44,270 nucleotides of DNA from Cytophagales bacterium (lineage in GTDB: Bacteria; Bacteroidota; Bacteroidia; Cytophagales; JAAEPT01). Under the pieces are notes generated by a model. That model worked only from the letters and a program-made list of their open reading frames with translations. It was not told the DNA's origin and searched no databases. The stretch lies in the NCBI GenBank assembly GCA_043770215.1, contig JAYVIQ010000026.1:1-44270 (forward strand), read 5' to 3'. This document shows positions 18,639-29,680 of the stretch, piece after piece (the stretch's first letter is position 1; the number at the start of each line of letters is the position of its first letter). The position numbers and the translations under genes are program-made.

Positions 18639-19160
18639 TTATTGGTCTTCTTCGTACCAAGCGGCATACATCCTATAATTGTTGGCTATGCGTTGGATCA
18701 TCTCTAGATTTTTACCAGATTCTATAGACTTAATTTTTTTTGCTGGAATACCTGCATACAAACTATTTGGCTCTACAACCGTATTTTCTAAAACCACAGA
18801 CCCTGCTGCAATAATGCTGTTACTACCTATAATGGCATGATCCATAACTATAGCGCCCATACCTATCAAAACATTGTTTTCTATGGTGCAACCATGTACC
18901 ATAGCTCTATGCCCAATGCTTACATTATCACCTATAAGTAGCTTAGCTGTTAGATAAGAAACATGTAAAATAGCCCCATCTTGTACATTTACTTTGTTGC
19001 CTAAAGTAATAGAATTTACGTCTCCTCTAGTTACTGAATGAAACCAGAAAGTACAGTCTTCTCCACAAACCACATCACCTATGATTACTGCATTTTCTGC
19101 CATCCAAGTATTTTTTCCAATTTTAGGAGTATTACCCCTAATTTTTTTTATGATTGCCAT
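18639..19160 (-). CDS. Gamma carbonic anhydrase family (YrdA/PaaY-like) protein; start probably ATG 19160
   Basis: IIGDV, RGDVN, NVQDGAILH, SIGH.AMVHGC (three Zn-binding His), hexapeptide repeats. Confidence 0.9.
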   Translation of the reverse strand: MAIIKKIRGNTPKIGKNTWMAENAVIIGDVVCGEDCTFWFHSVTRGDVNSITLGNKVNVQDGAILHVSYLTAKLLIGDNVSIGHRAMVHGCTIENNVLIGMGAIVMDHAIIGSNSIIAAGSVVLENTVVEPNSLYAGIPAKKIKSIESGKNLEMIQRIANNYRMYAAWYEEDQ

Positions 19161-19316
19161 ATTTTTGTACTCTAAAGAAATAAGGATCAAAGATTAATAC
19201 AAAGTATTAAAAAAATCTTGTGTCTTAGTTTAAATTCCGAATAAATAATCATTTCATACATCAACTAAAACAGACGAGGTCATGGGCTTGCTTTGCATAA
19301 AAAATAACCACGTTTT

Positions 19317-22300
19317 CTAAGTTAGACTAAATCTGACCCTAACCCCAAAAGCGGTAGTATTTCTACGAAAAGAAGATGAGATAGATGGAATATTGACTGT
19401 ACGCTCAAAGTAAAGTTGCAAATTTAGTTTTCTGTTGTATTGATAACTTAAATTAGGCCTTAATTGAAAACTAAGATTTCCAGCTGTAACTTCTTGGTTA
19501 CCATCTAACAAACGCTGTATTGTTTTCTGATCTCTAATTGTAAGATCCATCTTGTAAGTAAGGTCATTTGGCAATAGCTTTACTGGCTCTCCCTTCCATT
19601 TCCTAATGGGTGGTTTTTTGGTTACGAAACCAAAACCAAAATCAAAATCATTATTTCTAACTTCAGTAATTTGGGAGTTGGTCATATCCAATGCTAAATT
19701 CCTACTTTTATTAAAATTAAATTTAAAACTCATTCCTTCCTTAGTTCTTAAATTTATACCCAAAAGCGGAGTGAATCTTTCACTTATAACTACTTCATTT
19801 ACAATAAGTAATGGCGTATAATTTCCTAAACCATTTGTATCTAAAAATTCAGTATTAGACGATAGATTTGTTCTGAAATCTATATCGTTATATTCTAATG
19901 ATGATTTAAAACTTCTAATTTCATAACTACTCTGGTAGCCATGACTTACACTTATAGAACTAAATCGTTTGCGTAAACTTTTTATTCTTCCTAACCCAGC
20001 ATAATCTATTTTCCAGTTTGGCAAGGGTATTTTAGGTGTCTTTTTCAGTTCTTGGTTGCTTAATTGGTCAGAAGAAGTGATTTCTTTGCCAGAATATGCT
20101 GCTAAGAAAGCAGGTATTAGTACTTCTGGGCTGTTTTTACTAAAGCTACCAATCCCATTATCCTGTGCATTTAGCTTCTGCTGATAAAATTCTCTTGACT
20201 TTTGTAAATTTAAAAAACTTCTATTGCTATTTTGATCGCCATCTTTTACAAAAGCAGTTGGGAAAACTATGTAAGAATACTTTACGCTACCTCCGTAAGT
20301 TGGATTAAGTGTCTCATACCTTCCATCCAATCCATTGTAACGTATAATTTCTTGATATCCTTCTGTTTGTGTATAATCTGCATCTAATTGTACTCTAAAG
20401 TCTTTGAATGGCTCTAAGGACGCTTTTGCACTTATGGTTTCTTTTCTAGTTTGTTGTATGGGGGTATTTATCAAACTACTTTTGGTATATCTATCATTTC
20501 CTATAGCTTCGTTTTTTATAACATTTAAATTCTGACTTCCTGTTAGAAAAGCAAAGCTAGAACTAGATAAGTTTTCAAAGTCTGAACCAAAGAATTTTGG
20601 AGTAGCCAAGAAGCCTGGTAAATCTGTTGATTCATTGCTGCTATATCTTAAAGTAACGTTTTGAACCATTAGTAAGGTACGTATAAGATGTTCATGCGCA
20701 TGAAAATTTATAGGCTTTTTAACTTTCTCTACTTTGCTTGTATCAGACTCTTTAGGAGGTGCCTGCAAACGGGCAGGGTTTTTCTTGTAAGACAACACCT
20801 CTTTCAAATAATTGCTTTTGGTATACCACCTTGTTAAGTTCAGTTTTGTATTTACATTAAAATCTCTAGAATTACCTACAAAATTTCCTACAACATCTCC
20901 GTTTAAATCTTCTAGTATTGTGGGTACTGTATAAGTGCCAGGCAGACCAAACCCAGTTTCAAAAGCAGAGGCATTCCATTTATTGCTAAAATCATATTTG
21001 GCATCTGCGGTAATCCAATTAAAAACAGGTATTTTATCTATTGGTATTTTGTAGGCTAGGTTTACTTTTTGGTCAAAGTTTTTTAATCTGCCCATTTTGC
21101 TAAGGTTATCCCAAATTATCTCATTGTACTGAGATTTAGAAAGTCCTAATTCTCCCTCTTTATTGCCAATAGGTTCATCTATCAATGCATTGGCATTAGC
21201 AGCATAAGAAAGATTTAAGGCTTTTGTAAGATTCCAGCGTAAATTATAGTTTCTATTAAAGGTAAAGCTTTTTTCGTAATTTGGTGTTACACCATTAGTA
21301 TTTGGGTTTGTATTATCTGCTGATCTAAAATCACCATTGTACAACTGACTTCTAAAATATCTTCTGTTAAGTGTCCCTTGTACGCTTAAAGAACTTGGAA
21401 TAGGAGATAAATTAAATTCTTTGAATAAGTCAAAATATTTACTTTTTATTTTAGATTTTTTAAATGGCTCAAAAACTACTGGTTTGAAACTGTAAGAATA
21501 ATTGGCTGAGCCATCATAATTTTGGTCTAGATAAGAAGCTATGGCATTTCCAAAAGATGAGTTCTTTTGCGACCCTTGTCTTTTTTCTTCTTTATATCCA
21601 GCACTTAATGTCAGATTTTCTACATCAAAAAAATGTTTTTTCGAGTCGGTTTTCATTTTGACTTTTTTAACATTTGTAAGATTTATACTTTTTATTGTTC
21701 TGTTATAAGATACGGCTTCTAAGTACTCATCTGTGCGGTCTGTTTCAGAAAGTTTTACGTCAGGGTCAAATGGGTCATACTTTGGTTTTATTAATTCTCC
21801 ATCTACACTTGCAAAAAATGGGAGCTGAAGTCCTATTTTTTCGGGCCCAAATTTATGTAACGATAAGTTTGTTTGTGCTCCATATCCTAAATTTTGGTCT
21901 CGGGTTCTGTTTGCAAATTTAGATTCTATGTCTCCATAGTTTGCAGATGTATAACGCATAGAACCTGAAACACTACCCAAATCTGCCAACTGAACATTTG
22001 TATTCCCTAAACTTGCCCAGCCTGCTCTTTTGTCAAAATCTGTAACACGCAATTCATTAAACCAAACACAAGCACTTTTATAGTCTTTGTTTGCTTTAGG
22101 ATTTGTAACTCCCACCATAGACGTACGAATTGTACTTCTGTCTGGCGAACCAACCACACTGACTATATATTTTCCTACTTGTCTACTGTACTTTTTCCTA
22201 AAATCCACCCCTTTAGAATTTCTTTCTAACTTGGTATCTGTAAGGTCTTGTATGGCAATATCTATTTCATTTGCTGCACGCCAAATATCTTCTTGAGAAT

Positions 22301-25300
22301 TAGGGTTTAAGGAACTAAACTCTAATGGCACTGCTATTTCGTAATAGTTTTGAGTAATGTCTGTACCCAACCTTAAAAATGCAAACAACTCTCCGTCCTT
22401 GGTTCCGCTGGTAACTTCAGTTTCTCCATGAATAAACATTTTTATTCTTTTGTAATTAATTAAATCAGTAGTTATGTTTTTAAATGCTGCAGCACCATCT
22501 CCTGCTTTTATGTCTTCTGCACATATCTGCAAAGATTGTTCGTTTTGTTGTGCATTGTTTATAGATGTTTGATTTCTGTCTCTAACTACACCTGGAGGAA
22601 TCTCATAATTTGCATTTTCTTCTATGTTTACAGTGGATACATATACATTTGGATAGGGATCTACCTCACTTCTACTATCGCTTGTAAGTGCTTCGTCTTG
22701 TAAATTGTTGCCTGTATATTTTCTCCATTGAGAAGCTACTAATTGAAAATTTAACATACGTATAGCTACAGGATGTTTAAAACCTGTCATATACATTCTA
22801 AAATATTTAATGGTATTAAAGTTATTTATACCTCCCACAGAAGTCTGTGGAGACCTTATTGGTATTCTAATCTGATAGTAAGAGACACCGTCTCCGTCTA
22901 CTTTATCTACTACAAAAGGATGATTGGTGGTGCCGTTAAATACATCTTTATTAAACGGTAAATGATATTGGTAGTACCTATCTACTTGATCTAAGGTTTT
23001 GTTATTATTTAAATCTTCATTGTCAGGTGTTGTAGAAGAAGATTCTATAGAGTTCTGAGGCGAATTGTTTTCGTAACCGTTGAAGTTTTTATACCGCTCA
23101 ATGATACTTCTTCCATCGCCAGAAGCAGCCTCATCTTCACTAGTTATGTAATATTTAAAATCATCTGAAGATGGGTCATTTATAAATGATTGTAATCCAG
23201 GAGCATTTGGATCTACAAAGGTTTTGAGAGCGTTTATATATGATCCAAAAAAATCTATTTTTCTCTCAGATTCGTTATTTATACCGTCAAAACCAATGTC
23301 TTGTTGGTTTCTATCAGAACCATTATCAAAAGCATTGGTTAGAAATGTTTTATTTGTTACTATTCCAAATTTTGTAGAATCTATATCTAGTGGCAGTCCG
23401 TTTTCGAAACCATGCTTATTGTCTTTTATAATATCTTCAGATATATCTCCTAAGTTAAAATACAAATCACCACCTAAATCTTTATTGTCTATATCTTTTA
23501 CTTCAGGAAATATTTTTTCTAAATCAGCGTTAAAAGGATCCATTATCCAAAACTCTATAAACTCTACATTAGAATTTTCAAAATCTGTATCAAAAGATAT
23601 ATTTCTTGTTATACCTGCCCAGTTGTTTTCTGGTTTAGAAAAATATCCTGTAACCGGGTCTATCTCTAGTGGATTTGAATTGTAATTATAGGGACCTCTT
23701 TCTTTTGGATAATAGTTTATATCAAAGGTGACCAAAGCATTGTTAATATTATTTGCTTGCTGCTTTCTAGGAAAAACTTCTTGCTGTGCTATTCCTTTTG
23801 TAAACTGATTTTTAGCATGAAATTCAGGATCGCCTATTCCTTTTGCAGAACCGGATCCCGTTCTATAAAAAGACAAATCTGGATTAAACCAAACTAACTT
23901 ACCTCTATGGTCTCCAATACTTGGATCTGTTTTTCTATAATCATCAAAAATATTAAAATTGTCTCCTAGGTACACAGGTGGTGTACTTATGATCCACTGA
24001 GAAATACTTCTAGAAAAATCAAATGGTGTCTCAGCCCCCTCAAAATCATCTATATAACTTGTACCATTTTCGCCTAATACTTTAGAATTGCCTGGTAACA
24101 ATACGGCTGCCTCAAAATTTGAACTTATACTAGAGCTGGCTTTTGTTTGGATAATAGGAAGTTTGTCTACCATTTTGGTTATAAATCTAGAATCTTTAGA
24201 GAAACTAAAATCTGCTCCTATTTGGGTATTGTTTAGAGGCTCATCTCCTACACTTATTCTGGTAACAAGTGGCGCCTCTGCCATTCTCATAAATGTTGTA
24301 CCAAAATTAAAAATTTTACTGTGGTTGTATTCTACACGTGTACCTATCAAAGATTTTGTTCTAAATCTAAATAAATCTGCTTTTTCATACTTAATTTCTA
24401 TGTCTTTTCCAGATGCCATAACACCTGTATTTATTATATTTACACGCCCTGTAGAATAATCTACTGTATAATCAGAACCTTCTCTTAGGGGTATAGAACC
24501 TGCTCTAATACTTACAGAACCCTCTGTAATGTTTAGTCCAGGAAGTGCTATTACAGATGTAGATGCGCTCTGAAATCTACCCTTAACATAAAATTTATTA
24601 AATTCTGTTTCTCTTCTTGCTTGGGCTTGTGTGTTGTCATATAGGTTTTTAAAAACATATTTAGCTTTTAGTCCACCTTCTGAATTGCTAAAAAATTTAT
24701 TTTCTACACCCAAAGCTGGATTTTCATTTCTTGACATAAACTCTCCAAATGGCTCTGGTGTAGGAAAGATGATTAGTCCTTTTTTAGTTAAAACAGTAGC
24801 ATTATCTATAAAGTCAAAATTACCGTCAGAACTCAAATCTCCGTTTGGATTTAATTTATCTAAACCTAACAATTGCAGCAAAGGAACAGACTTAGATTTA
24901 GTTCCGTCTTGCAAACTAGGGTTGTCTATACCTGTAAAATCATCTCTATAAATTACACGCAACTGAAAATCATCTGGTTCTATTTGGTTTGTATTTAATG
25001 AGTAGATGTTTTTCATCATCAAATCCCATGTTTGCAAATTTAAATCTACACGTGCGGGTTTTAGAAGTTTTAAAACAATTACATCTTTTTGTTCTAAGGA
25101 CTGGTAATCTTCCTTTAACTCCCCTACTTTATAATTTATACCATTTAGCGTGTACTCAAAAGATACGGCTAAAGCCTCATCATCTTGCAGTTTGGTATTT
25201 AGAGAAATAAATCCTAGTTCTGGATGAAAAGTAAAATCTCGGCCCTCTTCTAATGCTCTAGCGTTATTGATTTTCTCAAAATCAGAACCTAAAACTAATC

Positions 25301-26585
25301 CTTGAGTACTAAAGAAAGTGTTTGTATTGTCTGAATTTCTAAAGGTTTTATCACTTTTTATAATTTTATCAAGGCTATTTACACCATTGTTCATATACTT
25401 TATGGCATTTGTATCTATACCTACAGCTGGGTTTATAATTTGTGGACTTTGCATGTTTATATCCCTAGCTTCTCCTAAATCTGTAAGGGCTAATACATTA
25501 CGTAAATTTTGAGTATTGGCATTTGAGTTGGTTATATAGACTTCAACTCTGTTTATTTTAAATCCGTTATTTGGGTTTGTAGGGTTGTTTTTATAGGCTT
25601 GTTCAAAAATATCTCTAAAATAATGACCTAAGAAAAAGTGTCTATACGTATCATATTCAGATACGGCAAACTCAAATTCTCTTCCTTGCCCACCGCCTCT
25701 TATAAGTAACGTTTCAGACGCCCCTTGTTGGCTAGAGAAAAAAGAAGTTACGCCCACTTTTCCAAATTGCATCACTGTTTTTACTCCAAATAATTTTTGT
25801 GCACCTCTAATCAACTGAGTGTTTAGTGGTACAGAAATATTACCTGCTTGTATGTCTCTTAACCAATCTTCTGGTTTTGCCTGATAGGCAATTTTAAGGT
25901 TATTATCAAAGTCAAATGTTGCTTTTGTATTCCAATTTGCATTTACTTTTAATCTATCTCCTATGGTACCCAGCAAGTTTAATTGTATTTGCTGATCGAA
26001 GTCAAAACCCCCAGTTCTTTGTAAGTTAACAGGCACCACTGGGTTTTCTGTTTTTTGCCAGCGTCCACCAAAGGTTATGGTCACGTTTCCTGCTGGTATA
26101 ATCTCTACCAATGGGTCTTTTTTAGAGCCTACTTTCCAGCCGCTAAAATTTTGTTCTACCTCTCTTTTTTCTTCTTCTGGAGTTTTAGATATTTTTTTCC
26201 AGTGTTGAGACATTAATTGTTGTCTACGGTATTCTGCATAATCTTCTGGAGACATGCTTGAGGGTGGTCTGTACTGAATGGAATCTCCTACAGTTTCTTT
26301 TATTTCATACCCAGTTAAATCTTGAGACAAATTTATTTTTGGCTCTATATTGCTAGGCTTTATTAAAAAAGGTGATTTAGATTCGGGATTGTTAATTAGG
26401 TCTCCTCTTCTGTCTTTGTATAGGACAGAAGTATCCTTACCAGCATTTTCTATACCAATGATGGTACTGTCTGGAGGTGGGTCTAATGCAAAAGAAGCCA
26501 AATTACTTTTTGCTATAGAAAAATAAGATGCGGAACAAGTTCCAAGCGCCGCTAACAATACTATTTGACGAATTCTTTTTTGCAC
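19317..26585 (-). CDS. sprA: Type IX secretion system outer-membrane translocon SprA (Sov)
   Basis: 2422 aa, GTG start. FDFDQQIQLNL.G.IG..L, HFFLGHYFR, TWDLMMKNIY, SYIDDFEG, YYPKERGPYN, VWFNELR; C-terminal beta-strand GVRVRFSL; follows ruvA. Confidence 0.95.
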   Translation of the reverse strand: MQKRIRQIVLLAALGTCSASYFSIAKSNLASFALDPPPDSTIIGIENAGKDTSVLYKDRRGDLINNPESKSPFLIKPSNIEPKINLSQDLTGYEIKETVGDSIQYRPPSSMSPEDYAEYRRQQLMSQHWKKISKTPEEEKREVEQNFSGWKVGSKKDPLVEIIPAGNVTITFGGRWQKTENPVVPVNLQRTGGFDFDQQIQLNLLGTIGDRLKVNANWNTKATFDFDNNLKIAYQAKPEDWLRDIQAGNISVPLNTQLIRGAQKLFGVKTVMQFGKVGVTSFFSSQQGASETLLIRGGGQGREFEFAVSEYDTYRHFFLGHYFRDIFEQAYKNNPTNPNNGFKINRVEVYITNSNANTQNLRNVLALTDLGEARDINMQSPQIINPAVGIDTNAIKYMNNGVNSLDKIIKSDKTFRNSDNTNTFFSTQGLVLGSDFEKINNARALEEGRDFTFHPELGFISLNTKLQDDEALAVSFEYTLNGINYKVGELKEDYQSLEQKDVIVLKLLKPARVDLNLQTWDLMMKNIYSLNTNQIEPDDFQLRVIYRDDFTGIDNPSLQDGTKSKSVPLLQLLGLDKLNPNGDLSSDGNFDFIDNATVLTKKGLIIFPTPEPFGEFMSRNENPALGVENKFFSNSEGGLKAKYVFKNLYDNTQAQARRETEFNKFYVKGRFQSASTSVIALPGLNITEGSVSIRAGSIPLREGSDYTVDYSTGRVNIINTGVMASGKDIEIKYEKADLFRFRTKSLIGTRVEYNHSKIFNFGTTFMRMAEAPLVTRISVGDEPLNNTQIGADFSFSKDSRFITKMVDKLPIIQTKASSSISSNFEAAVLLPGNSKVLGENGTSYIDDFEGAETPFDFSRSISQWIISTPPVYLGDNFNIFDDYRKTDPSIGDHRGKLVWFNPDLSFYRTGSGSAKGIGDPEFHAKNQFTKGIAQQEVFPRKQQANNINNALVTFDINYYPKERGPYNYNSNPLEIDPVTGYFSKPENNWAGITRNISFDTDFENSNVEFIEFWIMDPFNADLEKIFPEVKDIDNKDLGGDLYFNLGDISEDIIKDNKHGFENGLPLDIDSTKFGIVTNKTFLTNAFDNGSDRNQQDIGFDGINNESERKIDFFGSYINALKTFVDPNAPGLQSFINDPSSDDFKYYITSEDEAASGDGRSIIERYKNFNGYENNSPQNSIESSSTTPDNEDLNNNKTLDQVDRYYQYHLPFNKDVFNGTTNHPFVVDKVDGDGVSYYQIRIPIRSPQTSVGGINNFNTIKYFRMYMTGFKHPVAIRMLNFQLVASQWRKYTGNNLQDEALTSDSRSEVDPYPNVYVSTVNIEENANYEIPPGVVRDRNQTSINNAQQNEQSLQICAEDIKAGDGAAAFKNITTDLINYKRIKMFIHGETEVTSGTKDGELFAFLRLGTDITQNYYEIAVPLEFSSLNPNSQEDIWRAANEIDIAIQDLTDTKLERNSKGVDFRKKYSRQVGKYIVSVVGSPDRSTIRTSMVGVTNPKANKDYKSACVWFNELRVTDFDKRAGWASLGNTNVQLADLGSVSGSMRYTSANYGDIESKFANRTRDQNLGYGAQTNLSLHKFGPEKIGLQLPFFASVDGELIKPKYDPFDPDVKLSETDRTDEYLEAVSYNRTIKSINLTNVKKVKMKTDSKKHFFDVENLTLSAGYKEEKRQGSQKNSSFGNAIASYLDQNYDGSANYSYSFKPVVFEPFKKSKIKSKYFDLFKEFNLSPIPSSLSVQGTLNRRYFRSQLYNGDFRSADNTNPNTNGVTPNYEKSFTFNRNYNLRWNLTKALNLSYAANANALIDEPIGNKEGELGLSKSQYNEIIWDNLSKMGRLKNFDQKVNLAYKIPIDKIPVFNWITADAKYDFSNKWNASAFETGFGLPGTYTVPTILEDLNGDVVGNFVGNSRDFNVNTKLNLTRWYTKSNYLKEVLSYKKNPARLQAPPKESDTSKVEKVKKPINFHAHEHLIRTLLMVQNVTLRYSSNESTDLPGFLATPKFFGSDFENLSSSSFAFLTGSQNLNVIKNEAIGNDRYTKSSLINTPIQQTRKETISAKASLEPFKDFRVQLDADYTQTEGYQEIIRYNGLDGRYETLNPTYGGSVKYSYIVFPTAFVKDGDQNSNRSFLNLQKSREFYQQKLNAQDNGIGSFSKNSPEVLIPAFLAAYSGKEITSSDQLSNQELKKTPKIPLPNWKIDYAGLGRIKSLRKRFSSISVSHGYQSSYEIRSFKSSLEYNDIDFRTNLSSNTEFLDTNGLGNYTPLLIVNEVVISERFTPLLGINLRTKEGMSFKFNFNKSRNLALDMTNSQITEVRNNDFDFGFGFVTKKPPIRKWKGEPVKLLPNDLTYKMDLTIRDQKTIQRLLDGNQEVTAGNLSFQLRPNLSYQYNRKLNLQLYFERTVNIPSISSSFRRNTTAFGVRVRFSLT

Positions 26586-27176
26586 TTATGCTGTTTTCAA
26601 TGCTAATTTAATGAGTGTTTCTAATTCTATGTCTTGTCCTTTGAGTTTAATAATTGAATCCAAAGTTTTTTCTGCACTTGCTTTTGCCATTCCTAAAGTC
26701 ACTAATGCTGTTAACGCTTCTTCTTTAACTCTATTGTTCTGGCTGCTATATTTTTCACTACCTTCTACAGGACCTTCTTTTTGGTATTTATCTTTGAGTT
26801 CTAAAATAATGCGTTGTGCAGTTTTACCTCCAACCCCTTTTATAAGTTGCACTTTTTTTAAGTCTTCTGCGGCTATGGCTTGTTTTATTTCTGCACTACT
26901 CATAGAAGAAAGTGCAGCTAAAGCTGTACTTGGCCCAACACCGCTAATGCTTATCAAATCTAAGAATACTTTTTTTTCTAGCATTGTTACAAAACCAAAA
27001 AGCACGTGAGCATCTTCTCTAACTTGCAGATAGGTAAACAACTGACATAAATCTTGATCACCTAATTGGGTATACGTACTTATAGGGATATTTATTTGGT
27101 ATCCAACACCATTGGCTTCTATGATTGCCATAGAAGCTTCTTTATGTGCTAGTTTACCTTTTATGTATGCAAACAT
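26586..27176 (-). CDS. ruvA: Holliday junction branch migration protein RuvA
   Basis: [55 protein letters not shown]. Confidence 0.97.
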   Translation of the reverse strand: MFAYIKGKLAHKEASMAIIEANGVGYQINIPISTYTQLGDQDLCQLFTYLQVREDAHVLFGFVTMLEKKVFLDLISISGVGPSTALAALSSMSSAEIKQAIAAEDLKKVQLIKGVGGKTAQRIILELKDKYQKEGPVEGSEKYSSQNNRVKEEALTALVTLGMAKASAEKTLDSIIKLKGQDIELETLIKLALKTA

Positions 27177-29452
27177 TATTTTATAGATTTTCGCTGTGCA
27201 TCTACAACAGCTATAGTAATCATATTTACAATATCTCTTACACTACTTCCTTGTTGCAATATATGTACGGCTTTTTTCATTCCTACCAATACTGGTCCTA
27301 TGGCATCTGCACCCCCCAATTCCATAAGTAATTTATATGAAATATTTCCTGAAGCCAAATCAGGGAAAATAAGCGTATTTACATTATCTTCTGCCAATGA
27401 ACTAAATGGATACAATTCTTTTTGTAGTTCCGGGTTTAATGCTACGTTAGCTTGCATTTCTCCCTCTACTTTTATGTCTGGTCTACGTGCATTTACCAAT
27501 TGTAGGGCTGCTGCTGTTTTCTCTGGTATTTCTCCCTTTGCAGAACCAAAATTAGAATAGGATAAGAAAGCCAATTTTGGATCTACATCAAACAATTTTA
27601 CTGCATCTGCCGTCATTATGGCTATTTCTGCTAATTCTTCTGCATTTGGGTTTATGTTTAAGGTAGTATCAGAAAAGAAATAATTGCCTTTCTTGGTCAT
27701 CATAATGTACATACCAGCAATTCTATTTATGCCGTCTTCTCTACCTACCATCTGCAATGCTGGTTTTACGGTGGTTGGATAATCTTTTGTTAGGCCAGAA
27801 ATTAACGCATCTGCTTCTCCTGTTTCTAGCATAGCACAACCAAAATACATCCTATTAGACATTAACTTTGGAGCGTCTTCCCATTTCATGCCTTTTCTTT
27901 TTCTCTTGGCGTATAAAATTTCTCCGTAGTCTTCTCTTTTTTTGCGCTCTGCTAATGGATTAATAATTTGGCATGTAAGCAAACTCTCATCTAAATCATG
28001 TTCTTTTACAAGCTCTTCTATTTGAGCTCTATCTGCCAAAAGAATAGGTTCGCAGACACCATCTTCTTTTGCAATGGCTGCTGCTTTCAGTATTGAAGCA
28101 TTGTTTGCTTCTGTAAAAACAACTTTTTTTGGATCTTTTTTAGCTCGTGTAGATAATAGAGAAATTAATCTTTGGTCTATGCCTATACGCCTAAGGAGAT
28201 CTTCTTTATAGCCTTCCCAATCTTTGATGTGTACTCTAGCCACACCGCTTTCCATGGCAGCTTTTGCTACGGCTGGTGCTATACGAATAATCAACCTTGG
28301 ATCTAAAGGTTTAGGTATTAAATAATGCTCTCCAAATTTTATGTTGTTGTTTCCATACGCTTGGCTTACAATGTCTGGAACAGGCTCTTTGGTAAGGTCT
28401 GCTAATGCTTTTACGGTAGCCAATTTCATGGCCTCGTTTATTTCTGTAGCGCGTACATCTATGGCACCTCTAAAAATAAAAGGAAAACCCAATACATTAT
28501 TTACTTGGTTAGGATGGTCAGACCTACCTGTGGCCATAATGATGTCTTTTCTTGTTTCTAATGCAAGGGTGTATTCTATTTCTGGTTCTGGATTTGCAAG
28601 TGCAAAAACAATTGGCCTGTCTGCCATTGTCAGTAGCATTGCGGGGGTTAGAATATTGCCTGTGCTTAAACCTAAAAAAACTTCTGCACCTTTTAGCGCT
28701 TCTTCTAGAGTATAAATATCTTGTGTGGTGGCAAATTCTGCTTTGCTAGGGTCTAAGTTTTCTCTGTCTTTTCTTATAACGCCTTTGCTATCTATCATTA
28801 TAATGTTTTCCTTTTTTACACCAAGGTCTACATATAATTTGGTACATGATATTGCTGCTGCACCGGCACCATTTACAACTATTTTGGTTTGCTCTATTTT
28901 TCTATTGGTAAGCTCTAATGCATTTAACAATGCGGCAGAAGAGATTATGGCTGTCCCATGTTGGTCATCGTGCATTACAGGAATATTCATTTTTTCTCGT
29001 AATTCTCGCTCGATTTTAAAGCTTTCTGGTGCTTTTATATCTTCTAAATTTATCCCTCCAAAAGTGGGTTCTAAATTCTTTACTGTTTTTATAAATTCAT
29101 CTGCATCTTCGCAATCAATTTCAATATCAAAAACATCTATGCCTGCAAATTTTTTAAACAAAACAGCTTTGCCTTCCATCACTGGTTTAGATGCTAAAGG
29201 ACCTATGTTTCCCAAACCCAAAACGGCTGTTCCATTAGTAATTACACCAACTAAATTGCCCTTGGCGGTATACTTATATACGTCATCTGGGTTTTCGGCA
29301 ATACGTAAACATGGCTCAGCAACTCCAGGAGAATACGCTAGAGCTAAATCCCTTTGTGTACTTACTGGTTTTGTAGGAACAACTTCTATTTTACCTGGTT
29401 GTCCTTGACTATGGTATCTAAGGGCAGCTATTATTTGAGTTTGCTTGCTCAT
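27176..29452 (-). CDS. maeB: NADP-dependent malic enzyme with C-terminal phosphotransacetylase-like domain
   Basis: [58 protein letters not shown]; PTA-like SYSNFGS, EGEMQAN. Confidence 0.96.
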   Translation of the reverse strand: MSKQTQIIAALRYHSQGQPGKIEVVPTKPVSTQRDLALAYSPGVAEPCLRIAENPDDVYKYTAKGNLVGVITNGTAVLGLGNIGPLASKPVMEGKAVLFKKFAGIDVFDIEIDCEDADEFIKTVKNLEPTFGGINLEDIKAPESFKIERELREKMNIPVMHDDQHGTAIISSAALLNALELTNRKIEQTKIVVNGAGAAAISCTKLYVDLGVKKENIIMIDSKGVIRKDRENLDPSKAEFATTQDIYTLEEALKGAEVFLGLSTGNILTPAMLLTMADRPIVFALANPEPEIEYTLALETRKDIIMATGRSDHPNQVNNVLGFPFIFRGAIDVRATEINEAMKLATVKALADLTKEPVPDIVSQAYGNNNIKFGEHYLIPKPLDPRLIIRIAPAVAKAAMESGVARVHIKDWEGYKEDLLRRIGIDQRLISLLSTRAKKDPKKVVFTEANNASILKAAAIAKEDGVCEPILLADRAQIEELVKEHDLDESLLTCQIINPLAERKKREDYGEILYAKRKRKGMKWEDAPKLMSNRMYFGCAMLETGEADALISGLTKDYPTTVKPALQMVGREDGINRIAGMYIMMTKKGNYFFSDTTLNINPNAEELAEIAIMTADAVKLFDVDPKLAFLSYSNFGSAKGEIPEKTAAALQLVNARRPDIKVEGEMQANVALNPELQKELYPFSSLAEDNVNTLIFPDLASGNISYKLLMELGGADAIGPVLVGMKKAVHILQQGSSVRDIVNMITIAVVDAQRKSIK

Positions 29453-29493
29453 TAATTTTTTGTATGCTAGGATGTGTGAAGTAATATAATTTA

Positions 29494-29501
29494 CAAATAT
29501 A
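29494..29501 (-). promoter_or_regulatory. Bacteroidota -7 promoter element TATATTTG upstream of maeB-ruvA-sprA
   Basis: Matches TAnnTTTG about 40 nt upstream of the maeB ATG. Confidence 0.55.
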
Positions 29502-29680
29502 CCGTATAATTATTGTTTAAAAAATAATAGTTAGTGATTTCGGTTTTAGTAAATTAGATTTATGGCTAATTCATACTTGTTCAAAAGTTTATGTAATAGA
29601 TAGATTTATTTTCAACTGTTCAATTTTATATTTATTTGTCTATCTTTTTTAGAAGCATACTAAAAACTGATATGTTTCTT

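Noticed and set aside
19606-25512. Multiple 60-150 aa plus-strand ORFs inside sprA
   Set aside because: Reverse-frame shadows of a long coding gene; Ser/Leu/Phe-rich with no independent signals.
28725-29408. 227-aa plus-strand ORF, plus those at 27300, 28341, 28552, 26611 and 27146
   Set aside because: Antisense to the well-supported maeB/ruvA genes; no protein motifs.
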